Positions 10,482 through 20,918 are shown, counted from the stretch's first letter. The stretch is 36,287 bases of DNA from a virus (IMGVR_UViG_3300022697_000102:1-36287); one strand, 5' to 3'. Numbers and translations are program-made. Notes: a model not told the origin generated them from the sequence alone.

Positions 10482-10489
10482 GAGACACA

Positions 10490-10858
10490 ATGGAATATTA
10501 CTTGTATCACCCGAAATGGAACGGCAATAGAGAGCGAGAGGTCAAGGACCGAATCGAAATAGAAGTCGGCATGGCAACAGATGGTGAGATAAGCGAATAC
10601 GGCAACATGTTGTCACCTCAGACGATGAACGGATTCAGGGCCCAAAAATCCATGTCGCCGGATGAGCTTCGGAACAAGCAACTCAAAGCGCACATCGGGA
10701 AGGTCGTGAATCTTAAACACCCTGTCACTGGCGTTGATATTAAGACAGCAAAAGACCTTATCGAGTCAACAGCAGGGCTTTTCCTCCTCAAAACAGAGCT
10801 TGCGGATGCGATTATTGATGCTTCCACGCTGGGCGAGGGACTAGCAAAAAACTCATAG
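10490..10858 (+). CDS. tail assembly chaperone (gpG-like)
   Basis: Between tube and tape measure; ends ..LGEGLAKNS at a slippery site. Confidence 0.75.
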   Translation: MEYYLYHPKWNGNREREVKDRIEIEVGMATDGEISEYGNMLSPQTMNGFRAQKSMSPDELRNKQLKAHIGKVVNLKHPVTGVDIKTAKDLIESTAGLFLLKTELADAIIDASTLGEGLAKNS

Positions 10859-11214
10859 CCGCCGCCAGATGGGGGTTTAAACAAGGCGAGCGGCGAGACT
10901 GTGGAAGCTGTATAGAGCAGGGGCTACAGGAGGCAAGAAATTGCGGTGGAGAATACCAAGACTCAATAACATCGCTAGGGGATATGATCCTCAGAGAATG
11001 CCCAATAACATACATCACAGATCAATCACGCCGGTTACTAGCCCAGTTCTGGAAATGCCATGAATACCGCCATATCGAGGGGTATACTTACGTTGTCAGG
11101 TCAGGTTATCCACGATCAGGCGGCACAGACGATCAAGATCATTTTACCATGCAAGCCTTTGAAACTATTAAAATAGAAACACAAGCAATGGTGAACAAAA
11201 AAGATGGCTGTTAA
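10846..11214 (+). CDS. tail assembly chaperone frameshift extension (gpT-like)
   Basis: A AAA AAC at 10846-10852; the -1 frame is open into ORF 10984..11214. Confidence 0.75.
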   Translation, partial: KKLIAAARWGFKQGERRDCGSCIEQGLQEARNCGGEYQDSITSLGDMILRECPITYITDQSRRLLAQFWKCHEYRHIEGYTYVVRSGYPRSGGTDDQDHFTMQAFETIKIETQAMVNKKDGC

Positions 11215-13864
11215 TCAAGTAATAATCTTTAAAGCAAAAGACGCAGCAACGGGTAAAATACGTGAAGTCTCCGTGTCTATGAGCAAGCTAAATAAGGTTA
11301 TGGGTTCTTCTGCTAGAACTTTCGCTAAGACAAGCAATGCCTCAAAAGGAGTAACTAAAAGCCTCGCTGCAATGGGCTTGGCACCTAGAAAAGCAGAGAC
11401 AGCATATGAATCATTAAGAAGGACTATGGGCCTTACGGTTGAGACACTAAAGGAGGCCAGTAGTTCCTCAAAAGGCATAGCAAGAAGTATTTCAGCGATG
11501 GGGCTTGGTGCGAAGAAGGCGACAGGCCCTATAGAGGCTCTTACTGGAGATTTAATAAACATAAAAAAGGCAGTTGTTCCGCTCACAAACAGCATAAATA
11601 AGCTAGACAAAAGCCTTTCAAGCATGGGCCTTGCCTACAAGAAACCGATAGTACAAACAAAAGTTCTTGAGTCGAGACTGAGTAAGTTGCGCTCAAAACT
11701 CAACAAACTAAATCCTGTTTTTAGCAAATTCAACAAAGGGATAGGCAAAGGTGTGTCTGCATTGAAAGCGGTCGGAAGAGCAGCGTTAAGCCTCAGAGGG
11801 ATATTATTCACGTTGGGTGCGGCCTATGTTGTCGCTTCTGGTATTAGGATACTCAAAGATTTAAACGCCACAGCAGACTCATTCGAGCTTCTTAAAATAA
11901 AACTAGATAATTTAATGGGGTCCGCAAAGTCTGGAAAAGAAGCCTTTAAATTTATCATTGATTTTGCTGAGACTACACCTCTATCTGTTAGGGAATTGAC
12001 GGCAGCTTTCGTAAAAATGAAGGCTTTTGGCCTTGATCCTATGGACGGTTCTATGAGGGCTATTGTTGACCAAACGGCTAAATTATCAGGTGGCCAGAAG
12101 GAAATGGGCAACATTATCCTTGCAGTCGGTCAGATGTGGACTGAACAAAAGGTTCGTGGGCAAGAAGTCAGGCAGTTGCTACAGCAAGCCGTCCCAGTTT
12201 ATCAGATATTGGCGGACAAAATGGGAATTGCAGCTTCGGCAGTCAAGAAACTAGGGGAAGAAGGTTTACTTGGGTCGCAAGCTGTCAGGGACTTAATCGA
12301 AGGCATGGGCGCGGCTGCATCAGGGGCCGCAGCAGTGCAGATGACCACCTTCACGGGCCTTTGGAATAACTTTGTGGATCAGATCGAACTTGCAAAGGAT
12401 GAGTTTGCTGGAGCAGAGGAAGGGCTTCTTTCTTTTACTAAGGCGTTGACTGATAAGGGGATCGCAGTCTTAAAGGAATTTAGAGAGAGTGGTGATTTAG
12501 CAACATGGGGTGAAGGTTTTGGTAATGTAATGGTCAATGTAGGGGTATCTCTTTTGACAGTGACACAGAGCCTTGTATCTATGGCAGAAGGGCTGGCCCT
12601 TGTCTTGAACGTAGTCAGTTTTATAGATCCTATCAGCACAGGTTTAAGGCTTACAGCAGCGTTAAACACAGGCGCGAAGAGGCTTGCAAGAACTTTCAGG
12701 GGCGAATTGGGAGATGCTTTTGATGAAGTGAACGGAATAGCTAAACCCGTACTTACTGGTATTAATGCTGATATAGAAAAATTGAAAGACTTGCTACTAA
12801 CTATCCCAGCCGCAATGAAAGCCGCAAGACAGGAGAAATTAGGGCGAGAGATATTATCTAACGCACAGGATGATTTAAAAGGTGACGGAGGCTTATCAGA
12901 TGCAGGAAAAGCAGCACTTGAAGAAGCGGCCCTGATGGATGCAGCACTTGTAAAGGCAGAGAAAGCAACCAAAGCCAATATTAAAAACCTGAACAACCAA
13001 AAGGCCTTAATCGAGCTTCAATCTGAGTTCCTACCTAAAACAGAGTTCAGCGCATTATTCCAAAACGAATTGGCCTTAAAACGCCTTGATATCGAAGAGC
13101 AAATTTCACTTTTAAAGGCTGGAGCACTCGGAGGTTCAGGGGGTTTGTTAGCGGATATCAGCGCAAAGTTTGATGAGGATAGGCAAGCAGTAATCGACTC
13201 AGAAGCGAATACACAAGCGGAAAAATTGCTTGCACAGATTGAAGCCGATATCCAGCTTGAAGAACAAAAACAGGCGCATGAAGATAGAATGTCGGCAATA
13301 GGGGAAGCTTCGGCTCAAAGGCAGCGTGATTTTGAAGCGAAAAAGATAGAGATCAGCCGAAGGTCAAACCAAATTAATCTACAGGCAGCGCAGGGTTTAG
13401 GCGTTGCGCTTCTTAAGATTGCAGGGGCCTCAAACAAAAAGATATTCGCCATAAACAAAATATTTGCAGTCGCAAGCATTTTGATTGACACGCAAGCGGC
13501 GGCAGCAAAGGCGATGTCAGTAATTTTACCTCCTGCAAACTTTGCAGTGGCGGCACAGATTGAAGCGGACGGATTTAGACGGGCGGCTTTTGCGGGGGCG
13601 ATAGGATTAGCCCAAGGGATTGCAGGTGGCGGTGGCGGTGGGTCATCCGGCGGTGGAGGCGGGAACGTACCAGGCACAGCCCCAAACTTCCAGCAACAAC
13701 AAAACCAAGGATCAACAATAAACCTTACAATCAATGCCGTGGACTCTAAGTCGTTCCTTGATAATGTGGATGAGGTTCTTGAGCCTATTGCTGAGAAATT
13801 AGCCGATCACTTAGGGGCGAACGGTTCAAGCGGACAATTCAACTTTGTGCTTGAAAGATCATGA
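11204..13864 (+). CDS. tape measure protein
   Basis: 886 aa Ala-rich helical protein; FAETTPLSVRELT.AF..MKAFGLDP tape-measure domain. Confidence 0.95.
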   Translation: MAVNQVIIFKAKDAATGKIREVSVSMSKLNKVMGSSARTFAKTSNASKGVTKSLAAMGLAPRKAETAYESLRRTMGLTVETLKEASSSSKGIARSISAMGLGAKKATGPIEALTGDLINIKKAVVPLTNSINKLDKSLSSMGLAYKKPIVQTKVLESRLSKLRSKLNKLNPVFSKFNKGIGKGVSALKAVGRAALSLRGILFTLGAAYVVASGIRILKDLNATADSFELLKIKLDNLMGSAKSGKEAFKFIIDFAETTPLSVRELTAAFVKMKAFGLDPMDGSMRAIVDQTAKLSGGQKEMGNIILAVGQMWTEQKVRGQEVRQLLQQAVPVYQILADKMGIAASAVKKLGEEGLLGSQAVRDLIEGMGAAASGAAAVQMTTFTGLWNNFVDQIELAKDEFAGAEEGLLSFTKALTDKGIAVLKEFRESGDLATWGEGFGNVMVNVGVSLLTVTQSLVSMAEGLALVLNVVSFIDPISTGLRLTAALNTGAKRLARTFRGELGDAFDEVNGIAKPVLTGINADIEKLKDLLLTIPAAMKAARQEKLGREILSNAQDDLKGDGGLSDAGKAALEEAALMDAALVKAEKATKANIKNLNNQKALIELQSEFLPKTEFSALFQNELALKRLDIEEQISLLKAGALGGSGGLLADISAKFDEDRQAVIDSEANTQAEKLLAQIEADIQLEEQKQAHEDRMSAIGEASAQRQRDFEAKKIEISRRSNQINLQAAQGLGVALLKIAGASNKKIFAINKIFAVASILIDTQAAAAKAMSVILPPANFAVAAQIEADGFRRAAFAGAIGLAQGIAGGGGGGSSGGGGGNVPGTAPNFQQQQNQGSTINLTINAVDSKSFLDNVDEVLEPIAEKLADHLGANGSSGQFNFVLERS

Positions 13865-14004
13865 TGGGATTTGTCAGAGACTTAATTCATGACGTTTTTA
13901 TGTGGATACTTGTTTTTATGTTTATCGGCTTTATTATCGCCGGGACTACATCAACCGCCGCTGTCAATTTTGCAAGGAGGACATATCTTAAATATTCCCC
14001 CTAA
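13861..14004 (+). CDS. small putative membrane protein (47 aa, not in ORF track)
   Basis: MMGFVRDLIHDVFMWILVFMFIGFIIAGTTSTAAVNFARRTYLKYSP; ATGA-coupled to the tape measure stop. Confidence 0.45.
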   Translation: MMGFVRDLIHDVFMWILVFMFIGFIIAGTTSTAAVNFARRTYLKYSP

Positions 14005-17000
14005 ACTCCAACAAGCGTTTGACAATGGCAATCTTGAGCCTGTCACTTATGCTGAATTAATTACAGAGGTTCTTGACGCTCCGGCATCGCAGAATCCGGC
14101 TATATCAGGAACGAATGTTGACCTGACAGACCCTAAAGCAATACGGATGAATTATCCTGATAGCGCGGGAGCGACAAGTACGTTTATTGATATTGGGAAT
14201 ACTGACCAGATTGTAGCTAGGCCTTTTTTTTCCACTTTTACGCGTGGATTAAGTGCAGGGTCTTATGGTTTTGGCCCCATAGGATACCAGACGTTTACAT
14301 TAGGAGAAGATAGTGATGCAGGTCAAGCCAAAAGGCTAAAAAATATTCATATAGACATATCAGCCACCGTACAAACTTCTTCAATTTGGCAATATAAAGC
14401 TGCTATTTTTGGAGTTCAAGGAGATTTAACACTCATAGATTCTAATGGTGTCCGTATTCGTAGTTTAGCTGCTATTGACAACGGGATCGTAAGTTCTAAC
14501 TCGGTATCTGCAATTACAACAGCAAAAACATCGATAACTTTTAATTTCGACAATGACTTAAAGGGTGGAAATAGATACGCATTAATTTTGTATCTACAAT
14601 CTGTACCTGGTGCGACAGTAGGAAGCACAAATGTAATGAAGGCAGAATGGTACGGATCGAAGACAAAGCAATTTCCGAACGAAAGATCTGTTTTTATCCC
14701 GACATCTAGGACGGGAGATTTCTTTGACGGAGAATTTTCTTTGCAGGTAGATCTTGCAGAATATGACCCATCCCCATCCCCTGTCGTAGCAGTTAAGTTT
14801 GATCTATTGGAAACACCCACAGAAGCGGGTGAATTTAGCATTCTTGACAGAAACGAAAAAATAATTGATGCAGTGACAGGCCTTGAGCAGGAAACATCAA
14901 CGGCCTATCACGCATGGACTACAAATGCAACATATGCGAAAGGCACGGGGCTTGATCTTGGTGTAATTGATATTAGTGACACAGAAAGCCTTAAAATACA
15001 GACAACAGAATTGAGCCGGTATTACCTCTTGGAGGTGTCATTGGCAGCCACGGCCAACGGGTTGCGATCCCCAACTTTTAAAGGGGCGATTGTCAAGTTT
15101 CCGAAGACAGGCGCACTAGCAAGGCTTTCTTCTCATCCGTTACCGAACTTTATAGATCCAGTTATCACCGCCATTAAATCAGCCCCGATTGTCCCTACTA
15201 AGATGGATATCTCAAATCCAATCACAAAAAGAGGGAAAGCGAAACTCAATTTGGTTGATATCGGAGGGGAAATAACCCGCCTTGCTATCAAGCAGAACCT
15301 TTTAAATTTTACGATTGAAATCAGAGTAGGCCACGCACCAACAGCCAAAACAAAAGACGATCTTGCATTGGTTTTCTCTGGGAAAATAACTGATTACACC
15401 TATTCGGAAGGCGAACTAAGCATAACGGTTGAGGACAGGACTAAAAATCTTGATATTAGAATCCCCCGCCTTGGAACAGATATTTTAAGACTAAAACGAG
15501 TTGTTATTGATTCAGGAGAGGTTAAGCGGGATTGGAAGCGAGACACGATACCTGGAATGCTGAAAGACATCCTCAAAAACGAGTCAGGAATACTTTCAAG
15601 GTATATAGACACGGCATCCATTGACGCGATTGAGTTAAACCTTAAAGCAGGTGATACTTTGTCGCCGTGGAAAACACCGAAGGAGATCAGGGAGCCGGAA
15701 GAGGCTTCGGGCTTGATTAAGGATGTCCTTAATCTCATCGGGGGATATCTAGTTTCGCTCGAAGATGGAAGAATCAAGATAATCCAATGGCCGCGTCCTG
15801 GCCCCGCGCTAGGGACATGGGATGCCGACATTTTGACGGTAGACGATAAGCAACCGGCTGGGCTTATTAAATCCCTTGTTAACTTCTGCATGGTTTCTTT
15901 TGATATTAAGGGGGACGCATCTAACAAGGGTATCTCAGCCGTTGCAGATGTGGACAGTATTGACGAGTGGGCACCTGGATCGGAGGAACACGTTTCTGAT
16001 CGATTTATTAAAACTGAACTGCTAGGGGATCAACTTAATTACAATGGGGAAACCATCGCTCATAAAGTGGCAAATCGTGTCGTGAAGACCTATAAAAACG
16101 GGGTTGTCCCGATGAACGTAGTCACCCCGTTTGATCAGTTCCGTTTCCAAGTCGGGGATTTTATAAATATAACATCGCCTGTCTTCCTGAAAAAGTTTAA
16201 TCTTGGATCGACTGCAAGAAAATTTATGATTACCGAGAAGAAACCCGACATTGAAAATAACAAAATATCGTGGTCTTTAATGGAGGATATTAATCACAAT
16301 CGGCTGCCGACGGCTAAATTCTCATCCTCAGTATTTTTCGGAACCCCTTCGTTCAACGTGACATTTACAGATGCCAGCAGAGATTCAGACGGAACAATAA
16401 ACGCATGGGCATGGGATTTCGATTATGACGGTGTAAACTTTGCAAATCCACCAGATTCAACCCTTCAAAACCCTACGCATACCTACATTACATCAAATAT
16501 TGGGATCAAGAGAGTCCGGCTCAAAGTGACAGACAATCTAGGCGGACAAGACGAAACAGAATCGACCATTAGAGTTTTAGGCGCACCCACCGCCATAATA
16601 AACGCCACGCCATCTGCACCGGATCAACCACCTACCACTCTTCTGTCTTCCGGCTCCTACGGGCGCACGGGGGAGATTACAAAGACTGAATGGGATATTG
16701 GATATAATGGGGTAACTTTTGTTTCTGACTTCGAGGGGGAATCGACAAATGTGATTCATCTTTCAACGGATTTAATTGTGGCCTTGCGGGTGACGGATGA
16801 AGACTGGGCTGTTTCGGCTATTGTGACAATTACCATCCCCGCATCGACAAAGGCGATTGTGCCAGGGGTTGATGTTTCGAGTTTATTGACAACTCAATGG
16901 CAGAAAAAAGACAACCCAAAAAACTTCTGGCTGACGGCTGTTGCGTGGAGTCAATCTCTAAGATTATATGTGGCTGTTGGTCTGCGAGATGGCGGAGACG

Positions 17001-17848
17001 CTTACGTTGTAACTAGCTCAGATGGTGAGGACTGGACAGAACGGGCGAACCCTAAAAATCAAAATTTGAATGGCGTAGCATGGAGTCCAGAATTATCACT
17101 TTTCGTCGCAGTCGGACAGCTAGACGGTGTTGATGCGTATATCATTACAAGCACCAATGGGATTACATGGCTGGAGCAAACAAACCCTAGTAATTTCACT
17201 TTATTGGCAGTGACATGGAGTCCAGAATTATCACTTTTCGTCGCAGTCGGCGGGTTCACAACCGATCCAGACGCATATATCATAACAAGCCCTAACGGGA
17301 CAGCGTGGACAGAACGAATCAACCCCAAAAACATTACATTACGGGATGTTGAATGGAGTCCAGAGCTATCACTTCTTGTGGCAGTCGGTGATTCTGATGG
17401 AGTAGATTCTTATCTAATAACAAGTCCTGACGGTATAACGTGGCTAGAAAGAGCAAACCCGAGCAATCTTAGGTTGAGATCAGTAACGTGGAGTCCTAAG
17501 TTGTCGCTTTTCGTCGCAGTCGGAGACTTTGACGGCACCGACGCTTATTTGGTTTCTAGTCCTAATGGTATGGATTGGACGGAAAGAGAGAACCCACGCA
17601 ATAATATACTGCAGTCAGTTGTGTGGAATGGCTTTATTTTCCTGGCTGTGGGGGGAAGTGTCATTGAAAAATACATAATCGGGTCAAGAAATGGTTTTGA
17701 TTGGTTTCGGAGAGATACAGGCATATCAGGGTCAAATCAACTACTAGCCCTATCGTGGAATGACGCAAGATTTTTGGCCGTAGGGCAAGCTGGGGGTCCA
17801 GGTGTCAATGCAGACATATTTTCATCCCTATCAATGATCGGAGAATAA
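13889..17848 (+). CDS. large tail-tip/hub protein with PKD domains and C-terminal Asp-box beta-propeller (start uncertain)
   Basis: LVFSGKITD, FQVGDFINI hub-like motifs; PKD (VTFTDASRDSDGTI.AWAWDF, NPTHTY, LKVTDN.G); seven roughly 45 aa repeats. Confidence 0.8.
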   Translation: MTFLCGYLFLCLSALLSPGLHQPPLSILQGGHILNIPPKLQQAFDNGNLEPVTYAELITEVLDAPASQNPAISGTNVDLTDPKAIRMNYPDSAGATSTFIDIGNTDQIVARPFFSTFTRGLSAGSYGFGPIGYQTFTLGEDSDAGQAKRLKNIHIDISATVQTSSIWQYKAAIFGVQGDLTLIDSNGVRIRSLAAIDNGIVSSNSVSAITTAKTSITFNFDNDLKGGNRYALILYLQSVPGATVGSTNVMKAEWYGSKTKQFPNERSVFIPTSRTGDFFDGEFSLQVDLAEYDPSPSPVVAVKFDLLETPTEAGEFSILDRNEKIIDAVTGLEQETSTAYHAWTTNATYAKGTGLDLGVIDISDTESLKIQTTELSRYYLLEVSLAATANGLRSPTFKGAIVKFPKTGALARLSSHPLPNFIDPVITAIKSAPIVPTKMDISNPITKRGKAKLNLVDIGGEITRLAIKQNLLNFTIEIRVGHAPTAKTKDDLALVFSGKITDYTYSEGELSITVEDRTKNLDIRIPRLGTDILRLKRVVIDSGEVKRDWKRDTIPGMLKDILKNESGILSRYIDTASIDAIELNLKAGDTLSPWKTPKEIREPEEASGLIKDVLNLIGGYLVSLEDGRIKIIQWPRPGPALGTWDADILTVDDKQPAGLIKSLVNFCMVSFDIKGDASNKGISAVADVDSIDEWAPGSEEHVSDRFIKTELLGDQLNYNGETIAHKVANRVVKTYKNGVVPMNVVTPFDQFRFQVGDFINITSPVFLKKFNLGSTARKFMITEKKPDIENNKISWSLMEDINHNRLPTAKFSSSVFFGTPSFNVTFTDASRDSDGTINAWAWDFDYDGVNFANPPDSTLQNPTHTYITSNIGIKRVRLKVTDNLGGQDETESTIRVLGAPTAIINATPSAPDQPPTTLLSSGSYGRTGEITKTEWDIGYNGVTFVSDFEGESTNVIHLSTDLIVALRVTDEDWAVSAIVTITIPASTKAIVPGVDVSSLLTTQWQKKDNPKNFWLTAVAWSQSLRLYVAVGLRDGGDAYVVTSSDGEDWTERANPKNQNLNGVAWSPELSLFVAVGQLDGVDAYIITSTNGITWLEQTNPSNFTLLAVTWSPELSLFVAVGGFTTDPDAYIITSPNGTAWTERINPKNITLRDVEWSPELSLLVAVGDSDGVDSYLITSPDGITWLERANPSNLRLRSVTWSPKLSLFVAVGDFDGTDAYLVSSPNGMDWTERENPRNNILQSVVWNGFIFLAVGGSVIEKYIIGSRNGFDWFRRDTGISGSNQLLALSWNDARFLAVGQAGGPGVNADIFSSLSMIGE
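16898..17820 (+). repeat. seven intragenic ~135 bp repeats (WSPELSLFVAVG...TSPDGITW)
   Basis: Protein repeats visible; identical 37 bp at 17079-17115 and 17214-17250. Confidence 0.9.
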
Positions 17849-17849
17849 A

Positions 17850-19715
17850 TTGGAAATCTTTCACAAGAACGTCTTGAGGCAATCCGAGCTTGGATTGGGA
17901 GATGGTACAATTTACGCCTCTGGAACAGTCAACCTAGAAACCGATATCAGCCAAGCCAACAGCACGTTTACCCTGACAGGCTTTACCCTTGACGCATTGA
18001 CAGGCACAGACACCGACGATTTGATGAACGGCTACCTGCTTTACTTCCCTGTATCCGGCAACAAATATCACGTAGTTGACTGGGTAGCCTCAACCGACAC
18101 CGCAACCACTCATGAGATGCCGCAAATTACTGACACGGGGGCGTGTGAGTTTAGGAAAGCACTTTTTGACAATAATGCCCTGGCATCGAACCCATTGCTT
18201 TATGCGGCGGACGGCAGGAAGGATAAAGCTTGGGACGCATCAATAAACAACCCAACAATAGAAATATATCTACCCAACGCCATTGACAATGGAGGTTTCG
18301 AGGGTGGTGCGCTAGCCCCCTGGTCAGATATTAAAATCGGCGGTGTATCGACGGATTATACAGCACTTGCGGAGGTCTCACAGCCTGAATTAAATGCAGG
18401 TGACGGCTACCAGTCAATGAGTGCGTTAACAATAACAGATGCTACAGGTGCAACATTCTATGTTTTTTTCGAGGCATTAATCACGACTGGGAATGATTTT
18501 TGGGCGTGGAATATTGAGAAAAATTCAACCTCTATCCAGTCTGGGGGCTGGAATGTGTCTTTGCACCCTGAAAGCACGGCAAGCCCCCACGTTTATACAA
18601 AATACAGAATGAAGTTGACAGGACTTATAAATAGCGATGTCATCAATATAAAAATGAAAGCGTCAGATATAAATGGTGATGGGATCGGATCGGGCGGGAC
18701 ACAAACCCTTTTTCTCAAAAATCTCATTATTTCGTCTGATGCTAGTGAAATAAATTCAGCATCGCAATTAGTAGGGAATTTCGATTACTTTCTAACCCTC
18801 GGAGGGAGAACCCAGAGAGGGATCGCACAGATTATAGATAAATTGAAAAAAGCCACAACATATCGGATCTTATTCAAGGCTAAATCCACATCCGGGTTTA
18901 TCCAAGGGCAATTTTGTATCACAATAGCAGGCAATCCAGGACTAGATCTAACTTTAACAGCACCATCATCAGGGAATTTGTCCGGGACTCATATATTTCA
19001 GCCTGCACTCACAACAACAGCAGCATGGCATTGGGTTGACATATCTACACCAAGTTGGGACGTAACAGGCTCAGTAATACAGGTAAATATTTTAGATGGT
19101 GCATTCGATGTAAATGTAGATGAGATCTATATATTTGAAAAAATAAACGTGTCAAGCCTGATTTTAACTGAACAGGGCAGTGGGTATACCAACATTACTT
19201 CAATAACAGGACGGAATGTATCATTATCCAGGACAGGGGCAACAGATCCAATTGTGATGTCAAGCCCTGGAATAATTACCAGGATTCCCGTTGAATTTAC
19301 ACCATTGATCCGGCCAGTTTATTCAATAGAGTTCACCTTTTCTGATTCAATACCAGAAATTCTTTTGGGCGAGAAATGGCAATGGGAGTTTAATCCTGAC
19401 ATGCCATTTGATGCTGATGCAATAGAATATGATGAGAAAACAATAAAAAGCAGATCAGGAGTTGAAAGTATAGTCCGGCACAGCAAGAAAAGAACTATAA
19501 AAGGCAAATACTCTAAAATGTCGGCCATTGAAAGGGCTATTCTAAAAAATGATTTTTTTCCAAACCACATTGATGAAGAGAGACATCCGTTCGCGTACCG
19601 ACTCAACCAGACAGACACACCATTGTTCGTTCGTGTTTCTCAAAGTAAATTTGGACTTAATCGTTCCAGCGGATTGCGGGATGATTGGGATTTTGCATTT
19701 GATGAGGTTTTGTAA
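17850..19715 (+). CDS. tail protein with carbohydrate-binding-like insert, possibly distal-tail (Dit)-like
   Basis: IDNGGFEGG..PWS CBM-type start and DEIYIFE end; tail module position. Confidence 0.6.
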   Translation: MEIFHKNVLRQSELGLGDGTIYASGTVNLETDISQANSTFTLTGFTLDALTGTDTDDLMNGYLLYFPVSGNKYHVVDWVASTDTATTHEMPQITDTGACEFRKALFDNNALASNPLLYAADGRKDKAWDASINNPTIEIYLPNAIDNGGFEGGALAPWSDIKIGGVSTDYTALAEVSQPELNAGDGYQSMSALTITDATGATFYVFFEALITTGNDFWAWNIEKNSTSIQSGGWNVSLHPESTASPHVYTKYRMKLTGLINSDVINIKMKASDINGDGIGSGGTQTLFLKNLIISSDASEINSASQLVGNFDYFLTLGGRTQRGIAQIIDKLKKATTYRILFKAKSTSGFIQGQFCITIAGNPGLDLTLTAPSSGNLSGTHIFQPALTTTAAWHWVDISTPSWDVTGSVIQVNILDGAFDVNVDEIYIFEKINVSSLILTEQGSGYTNITSITGRNVSLSRTGATDPIVMSSPGIITRIPVEFTPLIRPVYSIEFTFSDSIPEILLGEKWQWEFNPDMPFDADAIEYDEKTIKSRSGVESIVRHSKKRTIKGKYSKMSAIERAILKNDFFPNHIDEERHPFAYRLNQTDTPLFVRVSQSKFGLNRSSGLRDDWDFAFDEVL

Positions 19716-19730
19716 TAAAATGGATACATT

Positions 19731-20144
19731 ATGATTATTTGTCCTATAAGAGGTCAAGATAAATGGGGTAGCGGTGCGTATATGGCCTCACGTGGAGGTC
19801 GGAAACACAACGGCATCGATTTGGCTTGCTATAAAGGGTCAACTATTTTGGCAGACCAAGATGGCGTAGTAACTAAAGTCGGCTATCCCTACCCGCCTGA
19901 ACATGCAAAGAAGGGTCATTTCCGTTATGTGGAGGTCAGAAGCGACACGGGAATCAGGATCAGGTATTTTTATGTTGCCCCTAGTGTAAGCGTTGGACAA
20001 AGAGTCATGAGTGGTGATCCTATCGGCAAAACTCAGGGGCTTATTAGTGTCTATCCTGGTATCACAGACCATTATCATTTTGAAGTAAAAGATTCTAAAG
20101 ATAACTTTATAAATCCTCAAGAATATTTGGAGGCGATATCATGA
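19731..20144 (+). CDS. M23 family peptidase, probable endolysin
   Basis: HNGID (HxxxD) and HYHFEV (HxH) motifs, INPQEYL end. Confidence 0.9.
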   Translation: MIICPIRGQDKWGSGAYMASRGGRKHNGIDLACYKGSTILADQDGVVTKVGYPYPPEHAKKGHFRYVEVRSDTGIRIRYFYVAPSVSVGQRVMSGDPIGKTQGLISVYPGITDHYHFEVKDSKDNFINPQEYLEAIS

Positions 20145-20515
20145 AGAAAATTATTTCACTATTTATTGTTTTAATGTTTGCAGGGAGCGTTTCGGCATTT
20201 GAACCCAGAATCAGGACTGTCTATTTTTCTAATTCCTCAAAAGACTATAAGACGGTTTCCATCATGGGATGCGATTCTGGGGCCTATTCAATCAAAGGGA
20301 AAAATGGAAAAATGATGTTTGATTTCCTACAGCCTTGCATTTCAGTAGGATTAAAAACAAACGCTACGGATCAGGTGTCTGGAGGAATCGGCTTAGGGCT
20401 GGTCGAAGTAATGGACGTTTTTTCTCTTAATGTTGGAATGTTACCGGACGGAAACATGATGTTTGGGACTGGAATTTCCATGAAATTTGACGATTCAATG
20501 AGCCTGTTTGAATAA
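20141..20515 (+). CDS. exported protein with signal peptide
   Basis: MKKIISLFIVLMFAGSVSA signal peptide; beta-strand-rich body. Confidence 0.65.
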   Translation: MKKIISLFIVLMFAGSVSAFEPRIRTVYFSNSSKDYKTVSIMGCDSGAYSIKGKNGKMMFDFLQPCISVGLKTNATDQVSGGIGLGLVEVMDVFSLNVGMLPDGNMMFGTGISMKFDDSMSLFE

Positions 20516-20685
20516 TGATTAAAAAAATAGAAATCGAATTGAAGTCCGGCTTTGAATTAAGCATGACAATCGAAGAGGCCGAGGAGTTGATGGCGGATTT
20601 GGATCAGGTACTTGGTGTTTCGGCCAGCATACCATATGTTTGTACATACACAAAAGAAGTCCCTAGTAAAATGGAGACGAATTGA
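20515..20685 (+). CDS. small hypothetical protein (56 aa, not in track)
   Basis: MIKKIEIELKSGFELSMTIEEAEELM...; coupled to both neighbours. Confidence 0.5.
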   Translation: MIKKIEIELKSGFELSMTIEEAEELMADLDQVLGVSASIPYVCTYTKEVPSKMETN

Positions 20686-20918
20686 CCATAGATCCTGAAA
20701 CAGTGGCTTACATATCTTTCATCGTGCAATCTGTTAAGCGGTTCATCCCGAAAAAGCATATGGAGTGGGCCGTGCCGTTGATCGCTTTGCTGACAGGCTT
20801 GACGCTCGGATTCAATGCGGCTGGTTTATCGGGCTTAGAGGGTGGCTTGCTAGCGGCTCTAACTAGCCTGGCAGCATATGAGGGTGTAAAACAGGTGGGA
20901 AAGAAGGTGGTAGGATGA
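20682..20918 (+). CDS. holin-like membrane protein
   Basis: 78 aa, hydrophobic segments, IVQSVKR..P and AYEGVK pattern, near endolysin. Confidence 0.65.
   Translation: MTIDPETVAYISFIVQSVKRFIPKKHMEWAVPLIALLTGLTLGFNAAGLSGLEGGLLAALTSLAAYEGVKQVGKKVVG

Noticed and set aside
3056-15927. Many minus-strand ORFs within structural genes
   Set aside because: Fully overlap well-supported + strand genes and lack recognisable motifs
16898-17848. Diversity-generating retroelement target/template
   Set aside because: Repeats are in-frame protein repeats, differences are not adenine-specific, and there is no reverse transcriptase in the window
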